Assembly: GCA_938015795.1 (NCBI GenBank)
Contig: CALLXA010000080.1
Coordinates: 1-29,008, forward strand
Length of the DNA stretch: 29,008 nucleotides
Direction: 5' to 3'
DNA from: an uncultured bacterium
Lineage (GTDB): Bacteria; Patescibacteriota; Dojkabacteria; SC72
How positions within the stretch are numbered: position 1 is the stretch's first letter; each line of letters begins with the position of its first letter. Positions 7,108-15,239 of the stretch are shown here, in pieces. The notes beneath the pieces are model-generated. The model had not been told where the DNA came from. It saw only the letters and a list, made by a program, of their open reading frames with translations, and searched no databases. The position numbers and the translations under genes are program-made.

Positions 7108-7581
7108 ATGGAACTTTCAGAGGTTAGAAAATTAGCATTAGAGTTAATCAAAGAAAATGGGGCAACCTGTTGGTTTACATTTTCAGAAGCAAGAAGACAA
7201 CTTGGCTGTTATTCTCCAAAGGATAATACAATCCATATTTCAAAGAGTTTAGCAGAACTAAACAATAAGAAAGTAGTCAAAGATGTTCTACTACACGAGA
7301 TAGCACACTCTTTAACAAGAGGACACGGACACGACAGAGTCTTCAAGAGATTATGTTCAGAGTTAGGCTGTTCTCAAAAGACTTTCATTGAATTGGAAAT
7401 TAACAAAGAAGAAAAGAGATACCTATACACTTGTAAGAATTGTGGGAAAGTAATCCAAAGACATACTAAAAATTACACAACTGCTTGTTTGAGTTGTTGT
7501 AAAAAGTATAACAAGGGAGAGTATAGCAAAAAGTATTTATTTAATATTAGTGAAAATCCTTTATATGAAAAACGAGTTTAA
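7108..7581 (+). CDS. SprT-like zinc metalloprotease
   Basis: RRQLGCY, LLHEIAH (HExxH), GHGHDRVFK, then CKNCG...CLSC zinc ribbon. Confidence 0.85.
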   Translation: MELSEVRKLALELIKENGATCWFTFSEARRQLGCYSPKDNTIHISKSLAELNNKKVVKDVLLHEIAHSLTRGHGHDRVFKRLCSELGCSQKTFIELEINKEEKRYLYTCKNCGKVIQRHTKNYTTACLSCCKKYNKGEYSKKYLFNISENPLYEKRV

Positions 7582-7804
7582 TGTAACAAGAAAAGTAGAT
7601 GACCCATATGCCATTTACAGGAGCTTTCTTCTTCCAGAGTGGGAGTGGCGAGTATTAAAGAAATGGCAAGTAGATGATAACAAGCCACTAGCAAGATGGT
7701 TTTGTGCAGTTAAGTCGCCCTATACCTACGGAGAGTGGGAATACGGAGATGTCTATGTATCAGAAATAAGAGAAGCAAAGTGTTATGAAGTTAAGTTAAG
7801 ATAG
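7565..7804 (+). CDS. Conserved phage hypothetical protein
   Basis: Trp-rich WEWRVLKKWQ...RWFCAVKSPYTYGEWEYGDVY; ATG 7565 preferred over GTG 7550. Confidence 0.75.
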   Translation: MKNEFNVTRKVDDPYAIYRSFLLPEWEWRVLKKWQVDDNKPLARWFCAVKSPYTYGEWEYGDVYVSEIREAKCYEVKLR

Positions 7805-7811
7805 AATAACA

Positions 7812-8021
7812 ATGACAATAACCAAAGATGAGTTTATGAGATACGAACAGTTAAGAAAGAGTGGAATAACAAATATGTTTGACCTAGAAGTGGTTATGAG
7901 TATTACTTGGCTATCTAAAGAGAAGGTTCTATTTATTATGAAGAACTATGAAAAACTATATGAGAAACTTATAGCAGAGAGTGGAAAGGAATATAGAAGA
8001 AGTAGATATGCACTAAACTAA
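7812..8021 (+). CDS. DUF5049-like small protein
   Basis: YEQLRKSGITNMFD...IMKNYEKL resembles the DUF5049 signature; TAAGTT at -20. Confidence 0.7.
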   Translation: MTITKDEFMRYEQLRKSGITNMFDLEVVMSITWLSKEKVLFIMKNYEKLYEKLIAESGKEYRRSRYALN

Positions 8022-8038
8022 CTAATAAGAAAGAGTGC

Positions 8039-8066
8039 TTTACTTCTTTAGAAGATAATATATAAT
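8039..8066 (+). promoter_or_regulatory. Possible sigma70-like promoter
   Basis: TTTACT (8039-8044), 16 nt, TATAAT (8061-8066) in a 115-nt AT-rich gap. Confidence 0.5.
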
Positions 8067-8136
8067 TAAGTATATTAAAAATAAATTGTAAGAAAGGAAA
8101 ATTATTTATTTTAGTATTTAGAAAAGGAGCAATAAG

Positions 8137-8475
8137 ATGAGAAAAGATATTCCAAAAGAGTTCATAACGACCATACAAGGGGGCAAAGAGTTCATAACCT
8201 ACGAGGGTTTGTTAAACCTATTCCACGAAAACGGTGGAAAGGAAATCCAGACAGAGTTGGTTCAAAGTTTATTAGGAGAAGAAGTATTTTTTGTTTTCAA
8301 AGCAGTAGTAACAGGAGAGAGAGGAACATACACAGGCTACGGAGATGCTTGTAAAGGCAATGTAGGTTCTTTAATCGTAAAACATATGATGAGGATGGCA
8401 GAAACGAGAGCCAAAGCAAGAGCATTAAGGGATTACAGTAATATCGGTATGTGTTCAATAGAGGAGATAGACTAA
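8137..8475 (+). CDS. Minimal Rad52/Sak-like single-strand annealing protein
   Basis: FITYEGLL...VFKAVVTGERGTYTGYGDA...MRMAETRAKARALR resembles the Rad52-fold core; SD AAAGGAG. Confidence 0.6.
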   Translation: MRKDIPKEFITTIQGGKEFITYEGLLNLFHENGGKEIQTELVQSLLGEEVFFVFKAVVTGERGTYTGYGDACKGNVGSLIVKHMMRMAETRAKARALRDYSNIGMCSIEEID

Positions 8476-8477
8476 CA

Positions 8478-8753
8478 ATGAACAAGTTTAACGAAACAAG
8501 AGAACAGTTAGTAAAGAAAGGCTACGGAGAGCATAGAGCCAAGTTAGGCAACGGAGTAGAAATGGTTTACACAAATCTATCTCCGATACAAAGAATTGAG
8601 AACATAGGAAAGGAAATAAGAAGCAAGGAAAGAATTGCTAAAGCAAATAAAAAGGAGCTTTCCTATGTTAAAGGTTTAGAGTTACGAAAGAAGATAGAAG
8701 AAACAATCCAAGCTATAGACAAAGAGTTTGGAAATAATTTTAGTAAAAATTGA
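8478..8753 (+). CDS. Hypothetical basic coiled-coil protein
   Basis: ATG 8478 lies 2 nt after the upstream stop, with GAGGAG upstream. Confidence 0.7.
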   Translation: MNKFNETREQLVKKGYGEHRAKLGNGVEMVYTNLSPIQRIENIGKEIRSKERIAKANKKELSYVKGLELRKKIEETIQAIDKEFGNNFSKN

Positions 8754-8754
8754 G

Positions 8755-9132
8755 ATGTTAAAAATTACAAAAAACGGAATAGAGGGTTCTTACAATTTAA
8801 GTGATATGTTATACGAAGATATGATTTGGTTATTAGACCAGACAAAGAGAAAAGCAAACGAGTTTGAAAAACTGGCAGAGAAAATAGAACTAGACCAAAA
8901 CACTTGGAATTATTTTTGGAAGAAGGTTAGAGATTACAGGGCAGAAGCAGAAGTGATAGAAATTGTTATCAATGACAAGGACAAAATGGTAACACAAGAG
9001 GAGTTTGAAGTAGTTAAGCAAATATTGGGTTCACCAATAGATACAGTAAGTAACTGCTGTGGAGAGCCAGTAATCTACGGAGATATATGTTCAGACTGTA
9101 AGGAGCATTGTTCTAAAGTTTACATATTCTAA
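8755..9132 (+). CDS. Hypothetical protein with C-terminal Cys cluster (zinc ribbon-like)
   Basis: SNCCGEPVIYGDICSDCKEHC; ATG 8755 has TAATTT at -20. Confidence 0.7.
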   Translation: MLKITKNGIEGSYNLSDMLYEDMIWLLDQTKRKANEFEKLAEKIELDQNTWNYFWKKVRDYRAEAEVIEIVINDKDKMVTQEEFEVVKQILGSPIDTVSNCCGEPVIYGDICSDCKEHCSKVYIF

Positions 9133-9134
9133 AT

Positions 9135-10040
9135 ATGAAAGAAATGGTTTACAAACAAAACGGAATAGACATTTACTACTACAATTACAAAGAACCATTT
9201 ATTAAGTTCAAAGGTGGTTTTGGATTTGAAGGAGCATTAGGCTATTCCTTGGACAAAAAGAAAGTTCAATGTCATTTCTGCGGAGAGTTTTACAAATCAA
9301 TCAGAAGTTCCCATATTCAGACCTGCGAGGGTGTAAAGAGATATGAGAAGAAGAACAATGTTCTCATAGAAGACACCAACGACTACAAAGATATTGTTGG
9401 ACTCAATAGGACTTCGGCTCTCATAGGGGAAGAAACAAGATTGAAGTTAATCCAAAATGCCATTGACTGTAACAAGAAATTACAAGTAAGTAAGTGGAAT
9501 GATAAAGAACAAAAAAAGGAAAGGGGGAAAAAGCTATCAGAAAGAAACAGAAGAAGAACAGGAGAAAAAATCTCAATGGAAAAGAGAAACAAATCAGGAA
9601 CTTGCCCTGTTCAATTACTAGAAAGAATAAAAGAAGTTCATCAGGCTCTTGGTCATACTCCTACAAAAAAAGAGTTCTACAATTTCTTCAAGGGAAAGTA
9701 TCTGGGAGCAATATACCAAGTCCACGGAAGTTGGGTAGAAGCAGTTAAAAAGGCAGGATTTATTCCTGTATCTTTGTCTGATGAGCATAGGGAGTATGAA
9801 TATACAAACGAACAGTTATTACAGGCTCTACGAGAGTTCTACGAGAGGTTTGGAAGACTATCTACTTCAAGCGACCATACCAGAGGACTACTTCCAAGTT
9901 ATTGGACATACACAAACAGGTTTGGAAGTATTAACAACGCCAGAAGACAAGCAGAGCTTCCAGTTAAGTATAAGGTTGGAACATTTAAGTATATCTACGA
10001 TTACTCAAGCTGTAATAGTAGGTATCTGGTTAAGAAATAA
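9135..10040 (+). CDS. DNA-binding protein: MucR/Ros-like Zn finger plus two homing-endonuclease-associated repeats
   Basis: VQCHFCGEFYKSIRSSHIQTC; repeats LLERIKEVHQALGHTPT...HGSWVEAVKKAG and LLQALREFYERFGRLST...RFGSINNARRQA; no nuclease motif seen. Confidence 0.7.
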   Translation: MKEMVYKQNGIDIYYYNYKEPFIKFKGGFGFEGALGYSLDKKKVQCHFCGEFYKSIRSSHIQTCEGVKRYEKKNNVLIEDTNDYKDIVGLNRTSALIGEETRLKLIQNAIDCNKKLQVSKWNDKEQKKERGKKLSERNRRRTGEKISMEKRNKSGTCPVQLLERIKEVHQALGHTPTKKEFYNFFKGKYLGAIYQVHGSWVEAVKKAGFIPVSLSDEHREYEYTNEQLLQALREFYERFGRLSTSSDHTRGLLPSYWTYTNRFGSINNARRQAELPVKYKVGTFKYIYDYSSCNSRYLVKK

Positions 10041-10056
10041 GTTTAGTATTAGAAAT

Positions 10057-10431
10057 ATGGGAAGATATTATAGTGGAGATATAGAGGGGAAGTTTTGGTT
10101 TGGAGTTCAAGCAAGTAATGACGCTGATTTTTTCGGAGTAGTAGGTTATCAGCCGAGTGAATTACATTACAATTTTTGGAGGGAAGATTTACCAAAGATT
10201 AAAGAGGGTATAAAAAGATGTGAAAAAGAACTTGGGAAAGAAAGCAAAAAGTTGGAAGTATTTTTCAAGGACAAACCTTTCTACAATGAAAGTGAATTGG
10301 CAGAAGAATTAAAAATAGACATTGTCAAAGTTCCATCTCTATTGGAGTGGTATGCCAGACTTTTACTTGGAATTAAGATAAAAGAGTGTGTAGAGAAGAA
10401 CGGAAGTTGTGATTTTGTTGCGGAGCAGTAA
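10057..10431 (+). CDS. Conserved phage hypothetical protein
   Basis: MGRYYSGDIEGKFWFGVQASNDADFFG; ATG 10057 has TAAGTT at -19, so the track's 9781 start is an overlap artefact. Confidence 0.8.
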   Translation: MGRYYSGDIEGKFWFGVQASNDADFFGVVGYQPSELHYNFWREDLPKIKEGIKRCEKELGKESKKLEVFFKDKPFYNESELAEELKIDIVKVPSLLEWYARLLLGIKIKECVEKNGSCDFVAEQ

Positions 10432-10452
10432 ATAAGTTTAGTTATATATAAG

Positions 10453-10734
10453 ATGAAAGATTGGAAACAAGAATTAGAGGAGATATTAGAAGAAGAAACA
10501 GATACGGGAAGGAATATGATACCGAAGTATGCAAGATGTTATGCAAGAATTATATTAGAAAACTTCATATCCCAAGAAATAGAGAAAGCAAGGCAAGAGG
10601 GGATAAAAGATGGAATGAGAGGAATGATAGATATACTGTGCGAGAAAGGTTGTGGTTCTATGTTCGCAGTTATTGAGGAAAAAGATGTGAATAAAAAGAT
10701 AAAAGAGTTATTATCTAAACTAACAACAAAGTAA
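10453..10734 (+). CDS. Hypothetical protein
   Basis: ORF track; TAAGTT at -20. Confidence 0.7.
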   Translation: MKDWKQELEEILEEETDTGRNMIPKYARCYARIILENFISQEIEKARQEGIKDGMRGMIDILCEKGCGSMFAVIEEKDVNKKIKELLSKLTTK

Positions 10735-10735
10735 T

Positions 10736-10912
10736 ATGGAAAAGAAAAGTCCTTGGGAGATAAGACAAAAGTTTATCTACTTAAAATGTAAGTCTATGAG
10801 GAAAAAGAAACAGGAGAAATTAGAAAAAGAGAGTCCAGTTGAGCAAAAACAACCTGTCTTTAGAGTTATCAAAAAGGATATTAACTTAAAAACCAAAGAA
10901 GATGAAAAGTAA
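10736..10912 (+). CDS. 58-aa basic hypothetical protein
   Basis: MEKKSPWEIRQKFIYLKCKSMRKKKQEK...DEK*; fills the gap between neighbours; absent from the track. Confidence 0.55.
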   Translation: MEKKSPWEIRQKFIYLKCKSMRKKKQEKLEKESPVEQKQPVFRVIKKDINLKTKEDEK

Positions 10913-11327
10913 AATAGAGAAGTTAAGAGGAGAGATAGCTTTACAACCAGAAATATCCTTTGTTTTAAGTGCTATTTTGGAGAAACAGGGAGAAATAATA
11001 GACTACCTCAACTCGCAAGACAAAGAGGAGGAGTTGACAGACAAAAAGAAAGCTATTGACAAGGGGGTTGACAGGAAGGACACCCCAGAGAAGTGGGAGG
11101 ACAGGATAAGAGATTTAATATTAGATATAAGTGCTGATAGATTAGTTAGTAGTGAAAAAGTAGTTGCTATAGTTCAATCCCTCCTAGATGATAGGGAAAG
11201 GGAGGTGTTGGAGGATATATTGGGAGAAACAAGTAAAAGAATAGAAACTTGTGATTACAGAGAAAGAGGTAACCAAATCTGGGAGGTTATCAATGAAAAA
11301 TTAAAATTAAACAGTAAGAAGAAATGA
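10902..11327 (+). CDS. Hypothetical protein
   Basis: ORF track; TAACTT at -20. Confidence 0.7.
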   Translation: MKSKIEKLRGEIALQPEISFVLSAILEKQGEIIDYLNSQDKEEELTDKKKAIDKGVDRKDTPEKWEDRIRDLILDISADRLVSSEKVVAIVQSLLDDREREVLEDILGETSKRIETCDYRERGNQIWEVINEKLKLNSKKK

Positions 11328-11515
11328 AGACATTAACAAAGGGAGAATTAAAGGCAGAGATATTAGCTTTAGAGAAATATATATCAGACAGAAATCTCAA
11401 TAAGGGGACTGAAGACGAATTGAGAAAGAGGGCAGAAAGCTACAAGGCACAACTGATAGTTTACAAAGGCATAGTTCAAGAGTTGTTAGATAAACTTATA
11501 GAGGGAAATAAATGA
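11324..11515 (+). CDS. Hypothetical coiled-coil protein
   Basis: ATGA coupling at both ends. Confidence 0.7.
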   Translation: MKTLTKGELKAEILALEKYISDRNLNKGTEDELRKRAESYKAQLIVYKGIVQELLDKLIEGNK

Positions 11516-11922
11516 AAGTAATACAAGCAGAATTAAAAAATTACAGCAGACGAGCAGACGATTCAGTTAGTTTCAAATGCGACTCTCTTATAGAATTAAG
11601 CAGTAAAGAAGTTGGAGAAATAGACAGTTACCGTGGTTGTGTAGCAGTTCTGGTTCTAACGGACAGTATAATTGGCAATGAGGTAAACATAGACATAGAC
11701 AATATACTTCAGAACTTGCCAGAGAACGACACCATTACAAACTACAAGACACCAAGTAAGAGATTCCGAGATGTCCTGTGGAGATTACTAGAGCAAGAGT
11801 TAAAAAGACAACCTACCAAAGAGGAGTTTACAGATTACTACATTAGAGAGTATAATAAGATTACAGAACATTACAAAAGTAAGTTTGAAAATAATTTAAT
11901 AGATGAAAAAGATGGAGAATAA
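11512..11922 (+). CDS. Conserved phage hypothetical protein
   Basis: SRRADDSVSF...KTPSKRFRDVLWRLLEQ...FTDYY; ATGA coupling. Confidence 0.75.
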   Translation: MKVIQAELKNYSRRADDSVSFKCDSLIELSSKEVGEIDSYRGCVAVLVLTDSIIGNEVNIDIDNILQNLPENDTITNYKTPSKRFRDVLWRLLEQELKRQPTKEEFTDYYIREYNKITEHYKSKFENNLIDEKDGE

Positions 11923-12133
11923 AAACAAGTGGACAGCTGTAAGAATATCTAAAGAGATGGGAATATATTTCCAGACTGTAGATAAGAGATTCCATAGCAA
12001 GTATGCCAAAGAAAGATGGGGTGTAGTTGCAGGAAAGTTACCAGATGGAAGTATCAAGAGATATGTTCCAGAAGACAAAATACACCTGTGGGAGAATCCT
12101 ACAAACTATGTAGGAAGACCAGTCTTTGAATAA
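11912..12133 (+). CDS. Small hypothetical protein, possible HTH-like
   Basis: WTAVRISKEMGIYFQTVDKR has HTH-like spacing; ATG 11912 has TAATTT at -20. Confidence 0.65.
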   Translation: MENKNKWTAVRISKEMGIYFQTVDKRFHSKYAKERWGVVAGKLPDGSIKRYVPEDKIHLWENPTNYVGRPVFE

Positions 12134-12149
12134 CTTGAAACAACTGCCA

Positions 12150-12731
12150 ATGTATAAGTCAATCAAATATAGAGTTCCAGAGAAGATAACACAAGCAGTT
12201 GCAGAGTTTCTATCAAGTCATAATATTGCTAACAGAGGAGAGTTTGACGGAAGTTACCAGAACCAGTTTGACGGAAAGGTTGGAGAGTGTGTTGTATATT
12301 CCAGATTATTCAAGAAGATGCTCAACCTTAACGGGGGTGATGGCTTTGACGGAGGTGTGGACATAAGATACAAGGGGTTCACAATAGATGTAAAGACAAT
12401 GGGAAGAAAGACATATACAAGAGATAGTTCAGCCAATAACTTCACAGACTTACAAAAGAAATACCCAACGGACATACTTGTATTTTGTAGCTTTAACAAG
12501 AAAGAAAACATTTTGGAGATATGTGGTTGGATATTCAAGTGTGAATTGGAAGAAAAAGGGTTATTCAGAAGCAAAGGAAGTTCCGTAATGAGAGGTGATG
12601 GACTTTCATTTATTTGTGATACGGATATGTGGGAAGTTTCAAACGACAAGTTATACCCATTTAGCTATCTAGAAAGTTACGAGAGCGATACATTAAAAAA
12701 GGTTCAATGTGATAGAATAAATAAAAGATGA
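12150..12731 (+). CDS. PD-(D/E)xK nuclease-fold protein
   Basis: GKVGECVV...FDGGVDI...TIDVKT catalytic pattern; ATG 12150 has TAACTT at -19 (alternative TTG 12126). Confidence 0.65.
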   Translation: MYKSIKYRVPEKITQAVAEFLSSHNIANRGEFDGSYQNQFDGKVGECVVYSRLFKKMLNLNGGDGFDGGVDIRYKGFTIDVKTMGRKTYTRDSSANNFTDLQKKYPTDILVFCSFNKKENILEICGWIFKCELEEKGLFRSKGSSVMRGDGLSFICDTDMWEVSNDKLYPFSYLESYESDTLKKVQCDRINKR

Positions 12732-13036
12732 TAATAACAACCTACACAAAGAAAGGAACTTGGAAACGACAAAGGTGTGATATTTGTAGTCATATTCGTT
12801 GGTGTTGTCAGCACCACATTTACGGAAGAAGAACAGCAGATGATGTTATATGGGTATGTAGCAATGGTAACCCTGCTGGTGTATTATATACAGAGGCTTG
12901 TCATCAGAGAATACACAATCCAACAGCATTTGGACTTCCAAGTAGTTGGGCTTACGATAATGGCTATCTACAAAGAACGGACAGTAAATACAGACCAAAA
13001 AAGAGTAAACCAAGCAAGTGGAAATTAAAAATATAA
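12728..13036 (+). CDS. HNH-like endonuclease
   Basis: CDIC...QHHIYGRR...IWVCS...CHQRIH; ATGA coupling. Confidence 0.6.
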   Translation: MIITTYTKKGTWKRQRCDICSHIRWCCQHHIYGRRTADDVIWVCSNGNPAGVLYTEACHQRIHNPTAFGLPSSWAYDNGYLQRTDSKYRPKKSKPSKWKLKI

Positions 13037-13053
13037 GTTAATATCAAACGACT

Positions 13054-13785
13054 ATGAAATGGCACACGGAAGTTCGTAAAGTATCAGACCTGAAGAACTG
13101 GGAAGACAACCCAAGAACCATATCCAACGAGGCATACAAAGAGCTGAAGAAGTCAATCAACGACCTCGGTAATTTTGAGCCATTGGTAATTAACACAGAC
13201 GGAACTGTATTAGCAGGTAACCAGAGGCTTAAAATCCACGCAGAAAGAGGCGACACCGAGGTAGAAGTAAGTGTTCCCGAAAGAGAATTGACACCAGAAG
13301 AAGTTAAGAAGATAGGGATAATCAGTAACAGGCACTCTGGAGAGTGGGATATGGACAAACTAGCCAACGAGTTTGAAGAAGTCCTAGACGAGCTAGGCTT
13401 TGACGAGCTTCTTCTTCCAGAGGATACCAAGATAGACAACCTCTATACAAGAGAGGTAAAGACTCCAATATACGACACGGAGAACACAAGACCACCACTA
13501 GAAGAACTTGTGGATAAGTCAAAAGTTATAGAGCTAAATAACTTGATAAATAGTTCCAATATTCCAGAAGAAGTAAAAGATTTTCTGAAGATAGCGAGTT
13601 CCAGATTCTACACTTTCAATTTCAGCAAGATAGCCGACTACTATGCCAATTCAGACGAAGAAGTCCAAGACATTATGGAGAAATTAGTCCTAGTCATCAT
13701 AGACTACAACAAAGCCATAGAGGGGGGTTTTTTTGATTTTGTAACTAAAGTAATAGAAGAACAGGAAGAAGAATATGGAGAATAG
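13054..13785 (+). CDS. ParB/Srx N-terminal domain protein fused to an acidic helical C-terminal domain
   Basis: WEDNPRTI...LKKSINDLGNFEPLVINTDGTVLAGNQRLK; C-terminal FLKIASSRFYTFNFSKIADYYA...LVIIDYNKAIEGGF. Confidence 0.85.
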   Translation: MKWHTEVRKVSDLKNWEDNPRTISNEAYKELKKSINDLGNFEPLVINTDGTVLAGNQRLKIHAERGDTEVEVSVPERELTPEEVKKIGIISNRHSGEWDMDKLANEFEEVLDELGFDELLLPEDTKIDNLYTREVKTPIYDTENTRPPLEELVDKSKVIELNNLINSSNIPEEVKDFLKIASSRFYTFNFSKIADYYANSDEEVQDIMEKLVLVIIDYNKAIEGGFFDFVTKVIEEQEEEYGE

Positions 13786-14635
13786 AAACTCTGCAGTATT
13801 TATTCTAACAAACGGAAGACCAGATAGGGTTTACACAATACAGACTCTACTTAATCAGGGCTATACAGGAAAGTATTATCTCATAATAGACAACCTAGAC
13901 AAAACAGCCGACAGATACAAAGAACTCTATGGAGATAAAGTAGTAGTTTTTGACAAGGAAGACATAGCAAGGAGATATGATACGGGCGATAACTTCAATG
14001 ATATGAGGGCAATTTTCTATGCTCGTAATGCTAGTTTTGAAATTGCCAAGAAACTCGGAATAGAATATTTTATTCAGCTAGATGACGATTATCTGGACTT
14101 CTCATTTAGGTTTAATAGCAAGAAACAGTTTCAGCACCATACGATTAAGAACCTAGACCGAGTGTTTGAGTATATGTTTCAGCTCTACGATACAAGTGGG
14201 GCATTAACAATCGCTATGGCTCAAGGTGGAGATTACGTAGGAGGTGGAGATGGCTTTGGAAAGGACATAAGAATTAAAAGAAAGGCAATGAATAGTTTCT
14301 TCTGTTCTACTAAAAGACCTTTCCAATTCTACGGAAGAATAAACGAAGATGTTAATACCTACACTTTATTAGGACTAAAAGGAGAATTGATATTCACTCC
14401 AAACATAGTAGCATTAAACCAAGTAACTACACAGGCAAATCCCGGAGGTATGGCAGAAATGTATTTAGACAACGGAACTTTCCTAAAATCTTTCTATAGC
14501 GTAATGTATGCACCGTCTTGTGTTAAAATATCACAGATGGGAAACAAGTATAAAAGAATCCATCATAAAGTCCTGTGGAATAATTGCACACCAAAAATAA
14601 TAAGTTGTGAAAAAAAGAAAAATGGTTTATCTTAA
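13775..14635 (+). CDS. GT-A fold glycosyltransferase, TAGT/GREB1-like
   Basis: VFILTNGRP...YYLIID...YARNASFEIAKKLGIEYFIQLDDDY (DxD)...GRINEDVNTY. Confidence 0.75.
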   Translation: MENRNSAVFILTNGRPDRVYTIQTLLNQGYTGKYYLIIDNLDKTADRYKELYGDKVVVFDKEDIARRYDTGDNFNDMRAIFYARNASFEIAKKLGIEYFIQLDDDYLDFSFRFNSKKQFQHHTIKNLDRVFEYMFQLYDTSGALTIAMAQGGDYVGGGDGFGKDIRIKRKAMNSFFCSTKRPFQFYGRINEDVNTYTLLGLKGELIFTPNIVALNQVTTQANPGGMAEMYLDNGTFLKSFYSVMYAPSCVKISQMGNKYKRIHHKVLWNNCTPKIISCEKKKNGLS

Positions 14636-14801
14636 TGGTGACATAGAGAATAACAAGAAATACAAAAAGGTATTTGATAGGTATTTAGCAAGTCCTAGTT
14701 TCTCCGACAAATGCAAAGAGCTAAAGAAGACTATCAAAGCACAAGAGCTAGAAGACAAGAGAGCAGAGAAAGAGGAGAAAGCAAAATTAAGATTATTCTA
14801 A
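14622..14801 (+). CDS. Small basic hypothetical protein
   Basis: ATG 14622 has TAAGTT at -21. Confidence 0.65.
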   Translation: MVYLNGDIENNKKYKKVFDRYLASPSFSDKCKELKKTIKAQELEDKRAEKEEKAKLRLF

Positions 14802-14807
14802 TTTACT

Positions 14808-15239
14808 ATGGGAAACGACAAGAAAAACGACAATGGAGTTCCTAATGCAGTGAAGTTTACTCAAGACTATCAACCTACACCAGAAGCAAAGAGCAAGGGT
14901 TGGCAACGGAAACTAGAAGCACAAAAGATAATGGACGAGATACTCAATCTAACAAGTATGAGTTACAAGGAAGTAAAAGACTTAATGGACGACATACAAG
15001 CCAACCCAGAGAAACATACATTAAGAGAAGTCAAACTAGCAAACTATCTAATGGAAAGAAAATACACGGTAGATTACCTAGACCGACATATATCTAAAGC
15101 TCCACAAGAAGTAGATGTAACAAGCAAGGGAGAAAAGATAGAGTCTGTAGTCGTTAAGTTTATACACGGAAACAATGAAACTAGTAATGGAAGCAACGGA
15201 GATTCTGGAGAAGACGACACTACTAGAGAAGAAGTATAA
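14808..15239 (+). CDS. Terminase small subunit (putative)
   Basis: Immediately upstream of and overlapping TerL; QDYQPTPEAKSKGWQRK and EVDVTSKGEKI segments are typical of TerS-like proteins. Confidence 0.65.
   Translation: MGNDKKNDNGVPNAVKFTQDYQPTPEAKSKGWQRKLEAQKIMDEILNLTSMSYKEVKDLMDDIQANPEKHTLREVKLANYLMERKYTVDYLDRHISKAPQEVDVTSKGEKIESVVVKFIHGNNETSNGSNGDSGEDDTTREEV

Noticed and set aside
6079-7800. TAAGT runs and 23-nt repeats as a CRISPR or mini-array
   Set aside because: No regular repeat-spacer architecture and no cas genes; they are better explained as initiation and promoter elements.
9781-10056. N-terminal extension of the 9781-10431 ORF overlapping the upstream gene
   Set aside because: Conserved-looking sequence starts at Met 10057, which has the -19 TAAGTT motif; the extension is alternate-frame read-through.
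13775-14635. Calling this a complete base-J/5hmC hypermodification system
   Set aside because: No TET/JBP, methylase or hydroxymethylase is seen in the window, and restriction-site avoidance argues against global DNA protection; kept only as an open question.
10461-15097. Alternate-frame + strand ORFs 10461-10676, 12777-13028, 14900-15097
   Set aside because: Each is nested in a better-supported gene and has no motifs or initiation signal.
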